DNA of 64,000 bases from Candidatus Woesearchaeota archaeon (GCA_038874655.1 JAVZBY010000002.1:210044-274043); one strand, 5' to 3'; numbered from the stretch's first letter, positions 51,250 through 60,805 are shown. Notes: a model not told the origin generated them from the sequence alone. Program-made: numbers and translations.

Positions 51250-52920
51250 ATGAAAAGAATTAAAGGATATTATAATTCTAGCAATAAAGGAGTAGAATCA
51301 AGATTATTGCAACCTTTGAGAGTAAAACCAAAAAGAAGAGAAAAGCAATCAAAAGAACAATTAATAAAGAGAGACCATTTACCAATAAGAATTGAGAATC
51401 CTCCTTATGAAATACAAGGTAATTTAAATCAATGGTTATATTCTTGGGCTTTATATTTAAATGAAAATTTGATTAATTTAGTTTGTGAAATAACAAATAC
51501 AACACAACCACCAGGAGATATAAATGAAATAATTAGTAATACCCAATTAAATATGGAAGAGGTTATTGAAAGATTATTAAATTTTAGAGAAAATTTACCA
51601 AAACCACCAGAATTTTTAAGATCTTATTTAACAGACCAACAAAAAAGAAAACATCAAAGATGGATTAATTATTATAATGAAAGATGGAAAAATGCAAGAA
51701 ATACTGTTGATAATTTATTATATGGTTATGGACTCTTTGAATGGAGAAACTTTGCAAATGCATTTAATAAATTTTATAATCCTCACCAGACTAATTTACA
51801 AATACAAAATCCAGAGCATAATCAAAAATTTAATAATATATACAACCACTTTTTTAATTGTTTAAAAATAAACCTAAGCCTTGCCTCAAGAAATAATATA
51901 AGATATAGGGGTATAAATTATGCAGAAAAAAGCAGAAATAACTTATTAAACTTAGTTGATATTTATCACCAAAGAATTTTGCCTGAAGGAATTAAATTGA
52001 ATAAATTAACTTTAGATAATTTCTTTGATGTTTTTGATGCTATATTGGATGAACATTCTTTAAGAAGGGAAAAAGGACAAAATAAACATTTCTTAGAGGA
52101 ATTAGCTTCAAGATTTAGTAATTATTATTTTAGTGAGTTTGCTTTTGCTTCTATGGTTTTAAATATACAAATACCAAGTCAAATATCACCAGAACAATAT
52201 GAACAGATAAAAACAAATTTAACTTCTGCATATGCTCTTGTTCATAAAGTTTTAGAAAAGGCAATTGAATTAAAAAAAAGAGAAAAACATAAAGAGTTTT
52301 ATGGAAAAATTGCTGATTTTTTTATTTCTTATGGCTTAGATATTTTAAGTAAGTATTTTTCACAATTTTTAAATTTTAATGCTGTTGATATTGAAACAGC
52401 TGTTAGCAATTATTTATTTTTAATTCAAGCTTTACCTGAAAAAAAGAAGGAGATCTCTACAATTATTGATAAAAGTTTATATTTTGAAATTCAAAGATTA
52501 ATTGATTATAATACCCAACTAAATAAAGAATTTAAACCAGAGTTTTATAATGCTGTTTTAGATTATGCAAGAAAAACAAAAAATGCATTTGATAAATTAA
52601 AAGAATATTGCCTAAATAATGAAAATAATAATGAATCTAATTTAAGCATTATTGTAAAAGGAGGAGTTTTAGGATTAACTATTCAATATATACAAATTGC
52701 AGGATTAGGTATTGTTAATAATTTGATTGAAGTTAATGAAGTTGTTCAATATATTAAAAGCATTATTGAAGAGCCTTTTTTTAATCAAGATGAGAGATTT
52801 ATGCAAAGATTTAATGATCTGTTATTACAAAGCACAACTTATTTTGCACAATTAGGTGCTAGATATCCTGAGACACATTCTAAATTTGAAGAATTTTACA
52901 CTAAATTACAAAAAGTTTAA
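51250..52920 (+). CDS. Helical orphan protein
   Basis: 556-aa ORF; TTTATATA 31 nt upstream; no signal peptide. Confidence 0.75.
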   Translation: MKRIKGYYNSSNKGVESRLLQPLRVKPKRREKQSKEQLIKRDHLPIRIENPPYEIQGNLNQWLYSWALYLNENLINLVCEITNTTQPPGDINEIISNTQLNMEEVIERLLNFRENLPKPPEFLRSYLTDQQKRKHQRWINYYNERWKNARNTVDNLLYGYGLFEWRNFANAFNKFYNPHQTNLQIQNPEHNQKFNNIYNHFFNCLKINLSLASRNNIRYRGINYAEKSRNNLLNLVDIYHQRILPEGIKLNKLTLDNFFDVFDAILDEHSLRREKGQNKHFLEELASRFSNYYFSEFAFASMVLNIQIPSQISPEQYEQIKTNLTSAYALVHKVLEKAIELKKREKHKEFYGKIADFFISYGLDILSKYFSQFLNFNAVDIETAVSNYLFLIQALPEKKKEISTIIDKSLYFEIQRLIDYNTQLNKEFKPEFYNAVLDYARKTKNAFDKLKEYCLNNENNNESNLSIIVKGGVLGLTIQYIQIAGLGIVNNLIEVNEVVQYIKSIIEEPFFNQDERFMQRFNDLLLQSTTYFAQLGARYPETHSKFEEFYTKLQKV

Positions 52921-52931
52921 TTACTACTATA

Positions 52932-52954
52932 AAATAACAATAAATTTAAATATA
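52932..52954 (+). promoter_or_regulatory. Archaeal BRE/TATA promoter
   Basis: AAATAACAATA-aa-TTTAAATATA, with the TATA 30 nt before the ATG at 52975. Confidence 0.65.
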
Positions 52955-52974
52955 TTCTTTTTTTTATCCTTAAA

Positions 52975-55110
52975 ATGCTCTTTTCATTAAAAAGAATTGT
53001 TCAAGTAGGTTTGTTATTAAGTGGATTATTTATTTCACTTTATAATACGGGTTTAGCAAACTCTTTTGATTTAATTAATCCACAATCTCAACAGCCACCT
53101 GCATGTGAAATTTTTCAAAATTATGATCCAAAATCAGCACCAACAGAAATTAACGAAATTTTTTCAGATCCTAATTTTCAAAACGCAATTTGTTCTTTAA
53201 AAGGAAGTGTGCTTATAGTTGATAGTGAAGGTAAGGAAGTAAACTATTTAGATTTTAATCCATATGGAGAGACAGGAGGATATAGATATTTAACAGTTAA
53301 ATTTCCTAAAATAGTTTTGACACCATTGATTAATTTTGAGTCAATACCTCCTTCTTTTGAAAATAAGGCAATAGGTCCATCAGGATTTCATATGGGCGCA
53401 GATTATACAAGTATTTTATATGATCCTACAGGAGAGTATACAATTATAGATTCAAATGGAAATAAAATTCCAATTAACATTCATAGAATGCAAGCATTCT
53501 TTAAAAGACCAGAGGGATTAGAAGCAACAATAGTAGAAGAAACATGGCCACAGGGTTATGGTAAAAATGGAATATTAATAAAACTTGGTAGTTATAATGA
53601 TTGGGAATTACAATTAAGAATTGGACATGGGATTTTTCCTAATCAAAATGCTTTAATTGAAGATGAAGATGAAATAAAACAAATATTAGATTATTTAAAT
53701 CAACAAATTAAAGAAAATCCAGAAAAATTTGTTCATGTAGCTGATTCAGGAATGGAAGGTGCAGCAAATGGACATCCTCATTATCATGTAGAGCTTTCTT
53801 TATTAAATCCTAAAACAGGAAGACGTGTTTTTTTAGATCCTACCTTTACTGTAATTTTAAATCAACATCCTGAAAACGTTTCTTCAATAAATAATTTAGT
53901 AGAACAAAAAAAACTTTCAGATAATGATTTAGTTAATGAATATATTGAATTTCTAAGACAAAGCCCTGAAGCAAGAGCACTTTTATTAACTATTGCGAGA
54001 AATGAAAGTGGATATAACTTTGATGCTAAAAACCCTAATTCAAGTGCTTATGGTTTTTTTCAAATTATTGATTCAACAAATCAAGAACTTAATAAAAAAG
54101 GTTTTCCAGATAATAATAATAATAAAGAAACACAATTAGCAAAAGGTGCTTATCTTTTGGAGAGTAGAATAAAATTATATACTACTAAAGACCCAACAAC
54201 ATTTTTAAAAGAATTAACAAAAGAAGAACTTATTGATTTTTTAAATAAAGAATTACAGTGTGAATGGGCAGGAACACCAGGCACTTGTTTACAATCTAGA
54301 GGTTTTAATAATCAATATTATCCAGAAAATTATGGTTTTTCATCTTGGGAAAAAGCTCAAGAAGAATTCTGGGAAACTTACAAAATACATTTAGAAATTT
54401 CTAAAAAAGGAGAAGATTTAATATCAACATTAATAGGAGAGGTTCAATTACCAAATGAAAGAGAAAGTGCATCTGAAATATCTTTAATAGATTATCTCAA
54501 ACAACATCCAGATTTAGTTTTAGTTAATAACACTTTTAGAAAACAAGGTGTAAAAGGTCCTGAAGAATGTAGAGAGGGAGAACTTTGGTTTATGGAAGGG
54601 AGTTTAAGACAAACACCTTTACCAGAAAAAGCAAATGCTTATACTTGTAATAAGGGACATTGGGACGAAATTCAAACTTTTAATCTAGAAGGTGTTAATT
54701 TAGAAGACTATACAAATAAAAGAGTACTACCTGATACACAGCAACAACAGTATAAACTTCCAGATTATTTAAGAAATAGTCTTCAAATAAGTGGTGATGG
54801 TAGTGTTATATTTAACCCAAAGGAGCAATGGTTTCCAAATTATGAACAAAATCCTTTTTCATTTTTCTTGATTCCTGAAATAGACCAAGAAGGAAAAATA
54901 CCTTTTTATCAAATACAAATTGCACCAGGTGTAATCTTAACTTTTAGAAAAGAAGAAGGCTCATTTAATCTTTCAGAAATTTTTGATTTACAAAGAGAAA
55001 TTTATTCCTCTTTAATGAATAGAGAAAATATTGAATTAAACTATGGAAGGTTAGTCAAAATTGAATTACCTTATAGTGAATTTGAAGAATTAATATTAAA
55101 AAATCCATAA
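52975..55110 (+). CDS. Secreted M23 peptidase plus lysozyme-like (lambda-R/SLT) predicted peptidoglycan hydrolase
   Basis: Signal peptide. M23 motifs: HMGAD (HxxxD), GYG, GHPHYHVE..LDP (HxH). Lysozyme-like motifs: ARALLLTIARNESG, SSAYGFFQI, EWAGTPG. Confidence 0.8.
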   Translation: MLFSLKRIVQVGLLLSGLFISLYNTGLANSFDLINPQSQQPPACEIFQNYDPKSAPTEINEIFSDPNFQNAICSLKGSVLIVDSEGKEVNYLDFNPYGETGGYRYLTVKFPKIVLTPLINFESIPPSFENKAIGPSGFHMGADYTSILYDPTGEYTIIDSNGNKIPINIHRMQAFFKRPEGLEATIVEETWPQGYGKNGILIKLGSYNDWELQLRIGHGIFPNQNALIEDEDEIKQILDYLNQQIKENPEKFVHVADSGMEGAANGHPHYHVELSLLNPKTGRRVFLDPTFTVILNQHPENVSSINNLVEQKKLSDNDLVNEYIEFLRQSPEARALLLTIARNESGYNFDAKNPNSSAYGFFQIIDSTNQELNKKGFPDNNNNKETQLAKGAYLLESRIKLYTTKDPTTFLKELTKEELIDFLNKELQCEWAGTPGTCLQSRGFNNQYYPENYGFSSWEKAQEEFWETYKIHLEISKKGEDLISTLIGEVQLPNERESASEISLIDYLKQHPDLVLVNNTFRKQGVKGPEECREGELWFMEGSLRQTPLPEKANAYTCNKGHWDEIQTFNLEGVNLEDYTNKRVLPDTQQQQYKLPDYLRNSLQISGDGSVIFNPKEQWFPNYEQNPFSFFLIPEIDQEGKIPFYQIQIAPGVILTFRKEEGSFNLSEIFDLQREIYSSLMNRENIELNYGRLVKIELPYSEFEELILKNP

Positions 55111-55143
55111 TCTTTAAATATAAAAATTTACTACCACTATAAA

Positions 55144-56706
55144 ATGACAGATTATTATTTTTTGGCAATACCTGTTGAATTAATTTTGGAAAAAAAAAAT
55201 GAATTAAATGAGCAGGATCCAGTTAAATTTAATTCACTTGACTCTTGCGTTAGTCAAGAGGAAACATTTAACTCTTGGGTTAGTGGAAGAAAAGGTGCTG
55301 GTTTAAATTTAAAACAAGATCCATATAATCTTTGGTGGAGAATATTTTCTTTGTTAAATCTTTTACCAGATAGTTTTATCCCAATAGCAACCTTAAGAGT
55401 TATTACATCTGAGAATCGAAATCCATTTTTACCAGAAAGAGGGAATTATGTTGGTGTTATAATTAAAAGTGAAGAAAAACCGACTTTTGAGTCTGATAGA
55501 ATAAAGGTATATGGCTTAGAAAGTGCTGGTATTGTAGTTGATGAAAAAGTAGATGATAAAAGAAACCCACATTTAACAATTTTACATTCTAATTCTAGTA
55601 GATTAGATAGTGGGAATGACTTACTAAATTTATTAAAAATATATGTAACTAATTTTGGGATTTCTTCTGTTAATGATGGAAATTTAGCAGAAGTTATCAA
55701 AAGAATTTTAGAAATAAATGCTGGAGTTCAAAAGAGAGATAGTGAGGGTAAGAATATTTGGCAAATAAAAGTTCCTGCCACAATAAGAGAATATGAAAAA
55801 ACTTTGAATAAAGAAGCTTATTTGTGGAATAAATTAATTGAAAATTCTAATTTTCCAATTGAATATGTTCAAACAAAAAAGCCACGAATTACTTTAAAAA
55901 GTATTGGGTTAGAATTGATTTTAAGTGAAGGAAATAAAACTTATGTAGCACTTGTTGATACTATTAGGAGCATTACAGAAAAACATGCTATTCCTTCTAT
56001 TACAATTGAAAATGGTTTTGCTTTTATTGATGTAAAAGTAGAAGATCCAAAAGATAGTTTGGGAAATAGGATTAAGGATTATTGGAATAAAGCAGAACAA
56101 TTTTTTAATGGAGTAGGTACACTTTTATTAGAATTGATAGTTGCTGGAGTAGTTTTATATTTCGGTTATCAAGCATTACAGAAAGCAGGTGTTCAAATAC
56201 CAAATATTCAAATATCAAATTATTTCTCTACACCTGCAGCAGTAGAAACAACACCTTATCCTTCAACAACACCTCAAGGTTTAGAAACTAAACTAACAGA
56301 AACACATGACCTTTATAAAGTAAAACCTACAGAAACACCTACACCTACACCTACAACATTACCCTATCCAGTACCACAATCAACACCACCATCATATAGT
56401 TTAGAGAGAGCATGCAAAAAAGAAGATGTGCCTAATGTTGTTTATGGATCTAATGGACCATTTACTTTAAAATTTGATCCAGAGGGAAATTTTGTGTTTG
56501 TAGGAAATTCGCCAAACGGAAAATTAGTAAATTTTGGTAATGCTTCTAGTGGACAACAAAATATAGCTACTAACATTAGTACGCCAGAGGGCACTGACCC
56601 TGGATCTCAACTAGTTAAGGGGTATTTAAATGCTGAAAAAATGACTATTCCAGAAGGAAGTCCTTTATCTGAGTTATACCAAAACTTACCATTTTGTGAA
56701 AAATGA
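55144..56706 (+). CDS. Single-pass membrane protein with a Pro/Thr-rich stalk
   Basis: Internal TM helix followed by TETPTPTPTT and a C-terminal domain with two Cys; TTTAAATATA 31 nt upstream. Confidence 0.75.
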   Translation: MTDYYFLAIPVELILEKKNELNEQDPVKFNSLDSCVSQEETFNSWVSGRKGAGLNLKQDPYNLWWRIFSLLNLLPDSFIPIATLRVITSENRNPFLPERGNYVGVIIKSEEKPTFESDRIKVYGLESAGIVVDEKVDDKRNPHLTILHSNSSRLDSGNDLLNLLKIYVTNFGISSVNDGNLAEVIKRILEINAGVQKRDSEGKNIWQIKVPATIREYEKTLNKEAYLWNKLIENSNFPIEYVQTKKPRITLKSIGLELILSEGNKTYVALVDTIRSITEKHAIPSITIENGFAFIDVKVEDPKDSLGNRIKDYWNKAEQFFNGVGTLLLELIVAGVVLYFGYQALQKAGVQIPNIQISNYFSTPAAVETTPYPSTTPQGLETKLTETHDLYKVKPTETPTPTPTTLPYPVPQSTPPSYSLERACKKEDVPNVVYGSNGPFTLKFDPEGNFVFVGNSPNGKLVNFGNASSGQQNIATNISTPEGTDPGSQLVKGYLNAEKMTIPEGSPLSELYQNLPFCEK

Positions 56707-58058
56707 GACTTCTAAAATCATTAGAAAATATATTAGCCACAAGCTTATTAAGCAGTGGTTTATTTTTAACTTTAAAAAATTTTGTTGATATGCAAGATTT
56801 AACACTTTTTGGATTAACTACCTTAGGTAGTTATGTTTTAGTTAAAGGATATAACTATTTAAAACCAGAAGCAAATTTTTCAAAAATAGCATTTTCATCT
56901 GTTTTAATTTTAGGACAATTATTTTCTAGATTACTTCCTGGATATGATTTTAATATAAATGAAAGAGTAATAACAGAACAAAATAAACCAACTATTTCAG
57001 CAGAAACTAATTCACAAATTAATACTATTTATTTACCTGTTGTATTGAATAATGCTAAAGAGGGAGATTTTTTTTATAATGAAAAGAGTTTAGAAGGTAT
57101 TCCGATTACAGAAGTTCCTCCAATTCAAACTACTACAAAACCTACTGAAACTTTAATTCCTGTTATGCAAACTCAAATGCAAAAACCACAAAACACACCT
57201 ACAATTACACCAACACCTTATTCTTGTAAAGATTATTCTTCACAAGGTTTTTCAGTAATTTCAAAAGGTATTTGGTATAAAAAAGTGCCTTTTACAACAA
57301 ATAGTGAAAATGAATATGTCGGGACAGCATGTTATTTAAAAAATTGTAATTATCATCTTTTAATAGTTGATTTAAATCAAAATGGAATTACAGTAACTTC
57401 TGATATTTTTGGTTATGGAAGAACAACAAAAGAATTTGTAACTAGTAAGAATGGTGGAAATGAAAATATAATTTTAGGCATTAGTGGAGATGAATGGGAT
57501 GAAAGAAGTAATTCCTTTAAACCTCTGGGACTTCATGTTTATAATGGAAAAATCTTAAATCCTCCTAGTGAAGAGCAATGGTCTCCTGTTTTATATGTTT
57601 TTAAAGATGGACATGTTGAAATAGGATATGAAAAAGATTTTGAATCAATACAAGAAGATATTTTGCATGCAATCTCAGGTATTTCTTTAATTGTTGAAAA
57701 TGGATTACCAAATCCAGAAAAATTTAATAATCCAAAATCCTCTTATAATTCAATAGTACCAAGATCAGCAATAGGCATAAGTAGTGATGGAAAAACTTTA
57801 TTTGTCTTTGTAAGCGATGTTGTTTTCCAAAGTGGCTATCAAGAAGGCATGACATTAAGATTTGTAGCAGAAAGGTTAGCTGAATTAGGTGCAAAAAGAG
57901 CTTTTACATTATCAAGTGGAGGGGGTTCTAGTTTTTTTTCAGAAGAAGGATATAAAAACTATGTTTCATTAGCATCTGGTTCTTCTGAGCAAGTAAGGTC
58001 TAATAATATTGGAATTTTTCCTTATGAAAATGGTAGTTGTGTTGATTTTTTAAAATAA
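56703..58058 (+). CDS. Membrane-anchored phosphodiester glycosidase (NAGPA-like) protein
   Basis: GLHVYNG, PRSAIG...G.TL..L..LGA..A..L.SGGGSS motifs; N-terminal TMs and P/T stalk; ATGA overlap with the upstream gene. Confidence 0.8.
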   Translation: MRLLKSLENILATSLLSSGLFLTLKNFVDMQDLTLFGLTTLGSYVLVKGYNYLKPEANFSKIAFSSVLILGQLFSRLLPGYDFNINERVITEQNKPTISAETNSQINTIYLPVVLNNAKEGDFFYNEKSLEGIPITEVPPIQTTTKPTETLIPVMQTQMQKPQNTPTITPTPYSCKDYSSQGFSVISKGIWYKKVPFTTNSENEYVGTACYLKNCNYHLLIVDLNQNGITVTSDIFGYGRTTKEFVTSKNGGNENIILGISGDEWDERSNSFKPLGLHVYNGKILNPPSEEQWSPVLYVFKDGHVEIGYEKDFESIQEDILHAISGISLIVENGLPNPEKFNNPKSSYNSIVPRSAIGISSDGKTLFVFVSDVVFQSGYQEGMTLRFVAERLAELGAKRAFTLSSGGGSSFFSEEGYKNYVSLASGSSEQVRSNNIGIFPYENGSCVDFLK

Positions 58059-58120
58059 TTTCCTTCTAATTACTAGAAAATCAAAAATTATATAAACCAG
58101 TATACATATTAATATACTAT

Positions 58121-58636
58121 ATGGACACAAGTTTAGCAGATTATAGTAAATATGGATTTCATAGAATAATTAGGTATAGTGGTGTTTTTGATTTTGATGG
58201 TTTCTATAAATTTATGGTTAAATGGATTAAAGATCATGATTTTGATTTTTATGAAACAAAAATCATTGATAAAAGTCCCTATAGAATTTATAAAATGATG
58301 GGTAGAAAAAAAATTAGTTTTTATTGTATGTTTCAATTATTACCAGAAATATGGTTATGGGATGCAAAACCTGTTGAAGTTTTTAAGGATGGTAAATTAA
58401 AACATTTAACAGAAGCAAGGATGAAAGTTGTTATTAATGGTGGCTATATTCTTGATTATGATGGTGATTTTGAAAAAGATGAAGGAAAAAAGAAAATGGA
58501 AAACTTTCTCAATAATAAAATCCTATACCATGAAACATTATTAAAATATTTTGATTATTTAGATTATTACTTATATGGTTTTATGCAAGATGTAAAAAAA
58601 TATTTAGAAATGGAAACAGCAACAAACGCTTATTAA
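58121..58636 (+). CDS. Hypothetical protein, paralog 1 of tandem triplet
   Basis: YSGVFDF..FY..M..W motif shared with the two downstream genes. Confidence 0.8.
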   Translation: MDTSLADYSKYGFHRIIRYSGVFDFDGFYKFMVKWIKDHDFDFYETKIIDKSPYRIYKMMGRKKISFYCMFQLLPEIWLWDAKPVEVFKDGKLKHLTEARMKVVINGGYILDYDGDFEKDEGKKKMENFLNNKILYHETLLKYFDYLDYYLYGFMQDVKKYLEMETATNAY

Positions 58637-58672
58637 AAAATCATGATTTAAGATAAAACTAAAAAAAAGAAA

Positions 58673-59188
58673 ATGGTAGAATTTTATACACCAGTTGTTG
58701 GAGAAACATTAAACTTTGAAGGATTATTTAGTATGAGAGAAGTATTTAGAATCATAGATAAATATTATAGGACAAAAGGTTTTGATAAAAAAATAATATT
58801 TGATGAAGAATATAACACAGAAAAAGGTAAATATGTTCATGTAAAAGCAGAGTACTATAAAAAAACAGATTCTTATGTAAGAATATCTAATAGATTATGG
58901 ATATATGGTTATGATTTAATTGAAGTTGAAAAAGAAGTAGATGGTCAAAAAGTAAAAACAAATCAAGGCAAACTAAATATTATTTTTGATGGTTTTGTCC
59001 AAACAAATTACTTTGGCATTTTTGATGATTCAAAACCATGGAGATTTATGTTTATGATTGCATATGAAAAATGGTTTTACAAGAGTAAAATTGAATATTG
59101 GTTAGGTGTAGTAAGACATGTAATCAATGAACTAAGAACAGAATTAGCTGGTTATCTAAACATAAACAAATTTGTTTATGAAAGATAA
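58673..59188 (+). CDS. Hypothetical protein, paralog 2 of tandem triplet
   Basis: FEGLFSM..VF..ID.Y motif. Confidence 0.8.
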   Translation: MVEFYTPVVGETLNFEGLFSMREVFRIIDKYYRTKGFDKKIIFDEEYNTEKGKYVHVKAEYYKKTDSYVRISNRLWIYGYDLIEVEKEVDGQKVKTNQGKLNIIFDGFVQTNYFGIFDDSKPWRFMFMIAYEKWFYKSKIEYWLGVVRHVINELRTELAGYLNINKFVYER

Positions 59189-59215
59189 TTATTAAAGATT
59201 AATTTTTAAATCAAA

Positions 59216-59722
59216 ATGATACGAGATGAAATTCAAGAAGCAGCGTTAGGCATGGCTGTTAATTATGAAGGTATATTTAATCTAAATGATTTACTATTTT
59301 TAATAGATTCTTTTTTTAGAAAAAGGGGTTATGTAAAAAAAGTTGAAACCCATAATGAAAGTTATACAGAAAAAGGTAGAAATCTTCTTTTAAAAATAAG
59401 ACCTTTTAAAAAAGTAAAAAATAACACATTAGAAATACAAGTTACTATGAATTTTCAAAACATTATTGAAATAACAAAAAAAATTGATAATATAAATGCT
59501 TTGCTCAATAAAGGAAAAGTAAGTATTACTATTGATGCTTTTGTATTAGAATCAAGAAGAGGTGCCTGGGATACAAGACCTGAACAAGTATTTATAAAAA
59601 CAATCTTTGACAAATTTTTATTAGGCAGCAGTGGAAAAGATTATGCAGGTATGGTAGTTGGTGAAGCAAAAGAATTAAAAAATGAAATAAATGCATTTTT
59701 AAATTTGTATAAATTCATATAA
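59216..59722 (+). CDS. Hypothetical protein, paralog 3 of tandem triplet
   Basis: YEGIFNL..LL..ID.F motif. Confidence 0.8.
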   Translation: MIRDEIQEAALGMAVNYEGIFNLNDLLFLIDSFFRKRGYVKKVETHNESYTEKGRNLLLKIRPFKKVKNNTLEIQVTMNFQNIIEITKKIDNINALLNKGKVSITIDAFVLESRRGAWDTRPEQVFIKTIFDKFLLGSSGKDYAGMVVGEAKELKNEINAFLNLYKFI

Positions 59723-59775
59723 CTTCAAAAATCTTTAATTTATATAAAAACTAAAAATAATTTAGGGGTTGGGAA

Positions 59776-60777
59776 ATGGAAAATAAGCTAATAGATAAAT
59801 CTAATATGATAGAAGTTTTAAGAAATTTTCCTAATATGTTTGAAGAAGCAATTAATTTAGGAGATGATATTACTTTTCCAAAAGAATTTGTTGAAAACAT
59901 TGCAATTTTAGGTATGGGTGGTAGCGGTTTCACAGGTGATTTAATAAATACTTATTTGAATGAACTTCCAATGAAAATCTTTGTAATAAAAGATTATGAT
60001 TTGCCAAATTTTATACAAAAAAAAAGCTTAGTTTTTGCCATATCTTATTCTGGAAACACAGAGGAAACAATAACAGCATATAGAGCAGCAATAAGAAGAG
60101 GTTGTAGAGTAGTTGCTATTTCTTCTGGTGGGAAATTAGAAGAATTATCTAAAATGAATAAAAACCCATACATAAAAGTTCCAAAGGGAGTTCAACCAAG
60201 ATTAGCTATTCCCTATTTACTAGTTAGTATTTTAAATGTTTTAAGTTATTCTGGAATCATTGATGAACAAGAAGAAACTATAAAAAAATTGGTTTCTTAT
60301 TTAAAAAGAATTTCAATTGAAGAAGAAGCAAAATTAATTGCAAAAAAATTAAAAAATAAAGTTCCTATAATTTATTCTTCTCAAAGATTATTTTCTATAG
60401 CTGAAAAATGGAAAACAGACATAAATGAAAATGCAAAAACCCATGCATTTTACAATGTTTTTCCTGAGTTTAATCACAATGAAATTTGTGCTTATGAAAA
60501 CAATATAACTGACTCACATATAAAAACGCATTTAATACTAATAACAGATAAAGATGATTACTTAAAAATTAAAGATAGAATTAATGTCTTTAAAAAATTA
60601 TTAAATCAATATAAAGTTAGTTTCACAGAATTAGGTTTAGTTGGAGATAATTTTCTAACTAGATTGATTGTTGGTGTTTGGACAGGATTATTTGTTTCTT
60701 ACTACTTAGCTTTAGAGTATGAGAGAGATCCTACTCCTGTTAATATAATTGAAAAATTCAAAAAAGAATTGAAATAA
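59776..60777 (+). CDS. Bifunctional phosphoglucose/phosphomannose isomerase
   Basis: GMGGSG, SYSGNTEET, QPR, NENAK and PEFNHNE motifs. Confidence 0.93.
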   Translation: MENKLIDKSNMIEVLRNFPNMFEEAINLGDDITFPKEFVENIAILGMGGSGFTGDLINTYLNELPMKIFVIKDYDLPNFIQKKSLVFAISYSGNTEETITAYRAAIRRGCRVVAISSGGKLEELSKMNKNPYIKVPKGVQPRLAIPYLLVSILNVLSYSGIIDEQEETIKKLVSYLKRISIEEEAKLIAKKLKNKVPIIYSSQRLFSIAEKWKTDINENAKTHAFYNVFPEFNHNEICAYENNITDSHIKTHLILITDKDDYLKIKDRINVFKKLLNQYKVSFTELGLVGDNFLTRLIVGVWTGLFVSYYLALEYERDPTPVNIIEKFKKELK

Positions 60778-60805
60778 ACAATTTTTTTATTTCTCATTTA
60801 ATTAT

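Noticed and set aside
49530-58058. Island as bacterial contamination or a prophage lysis cassette
   Set aside because: Archaeal TATA boxes at native spacing, AT-richness like the flanks, and no holin or structural genes argue against it. Read mapping is still needed to exclude a chimera.
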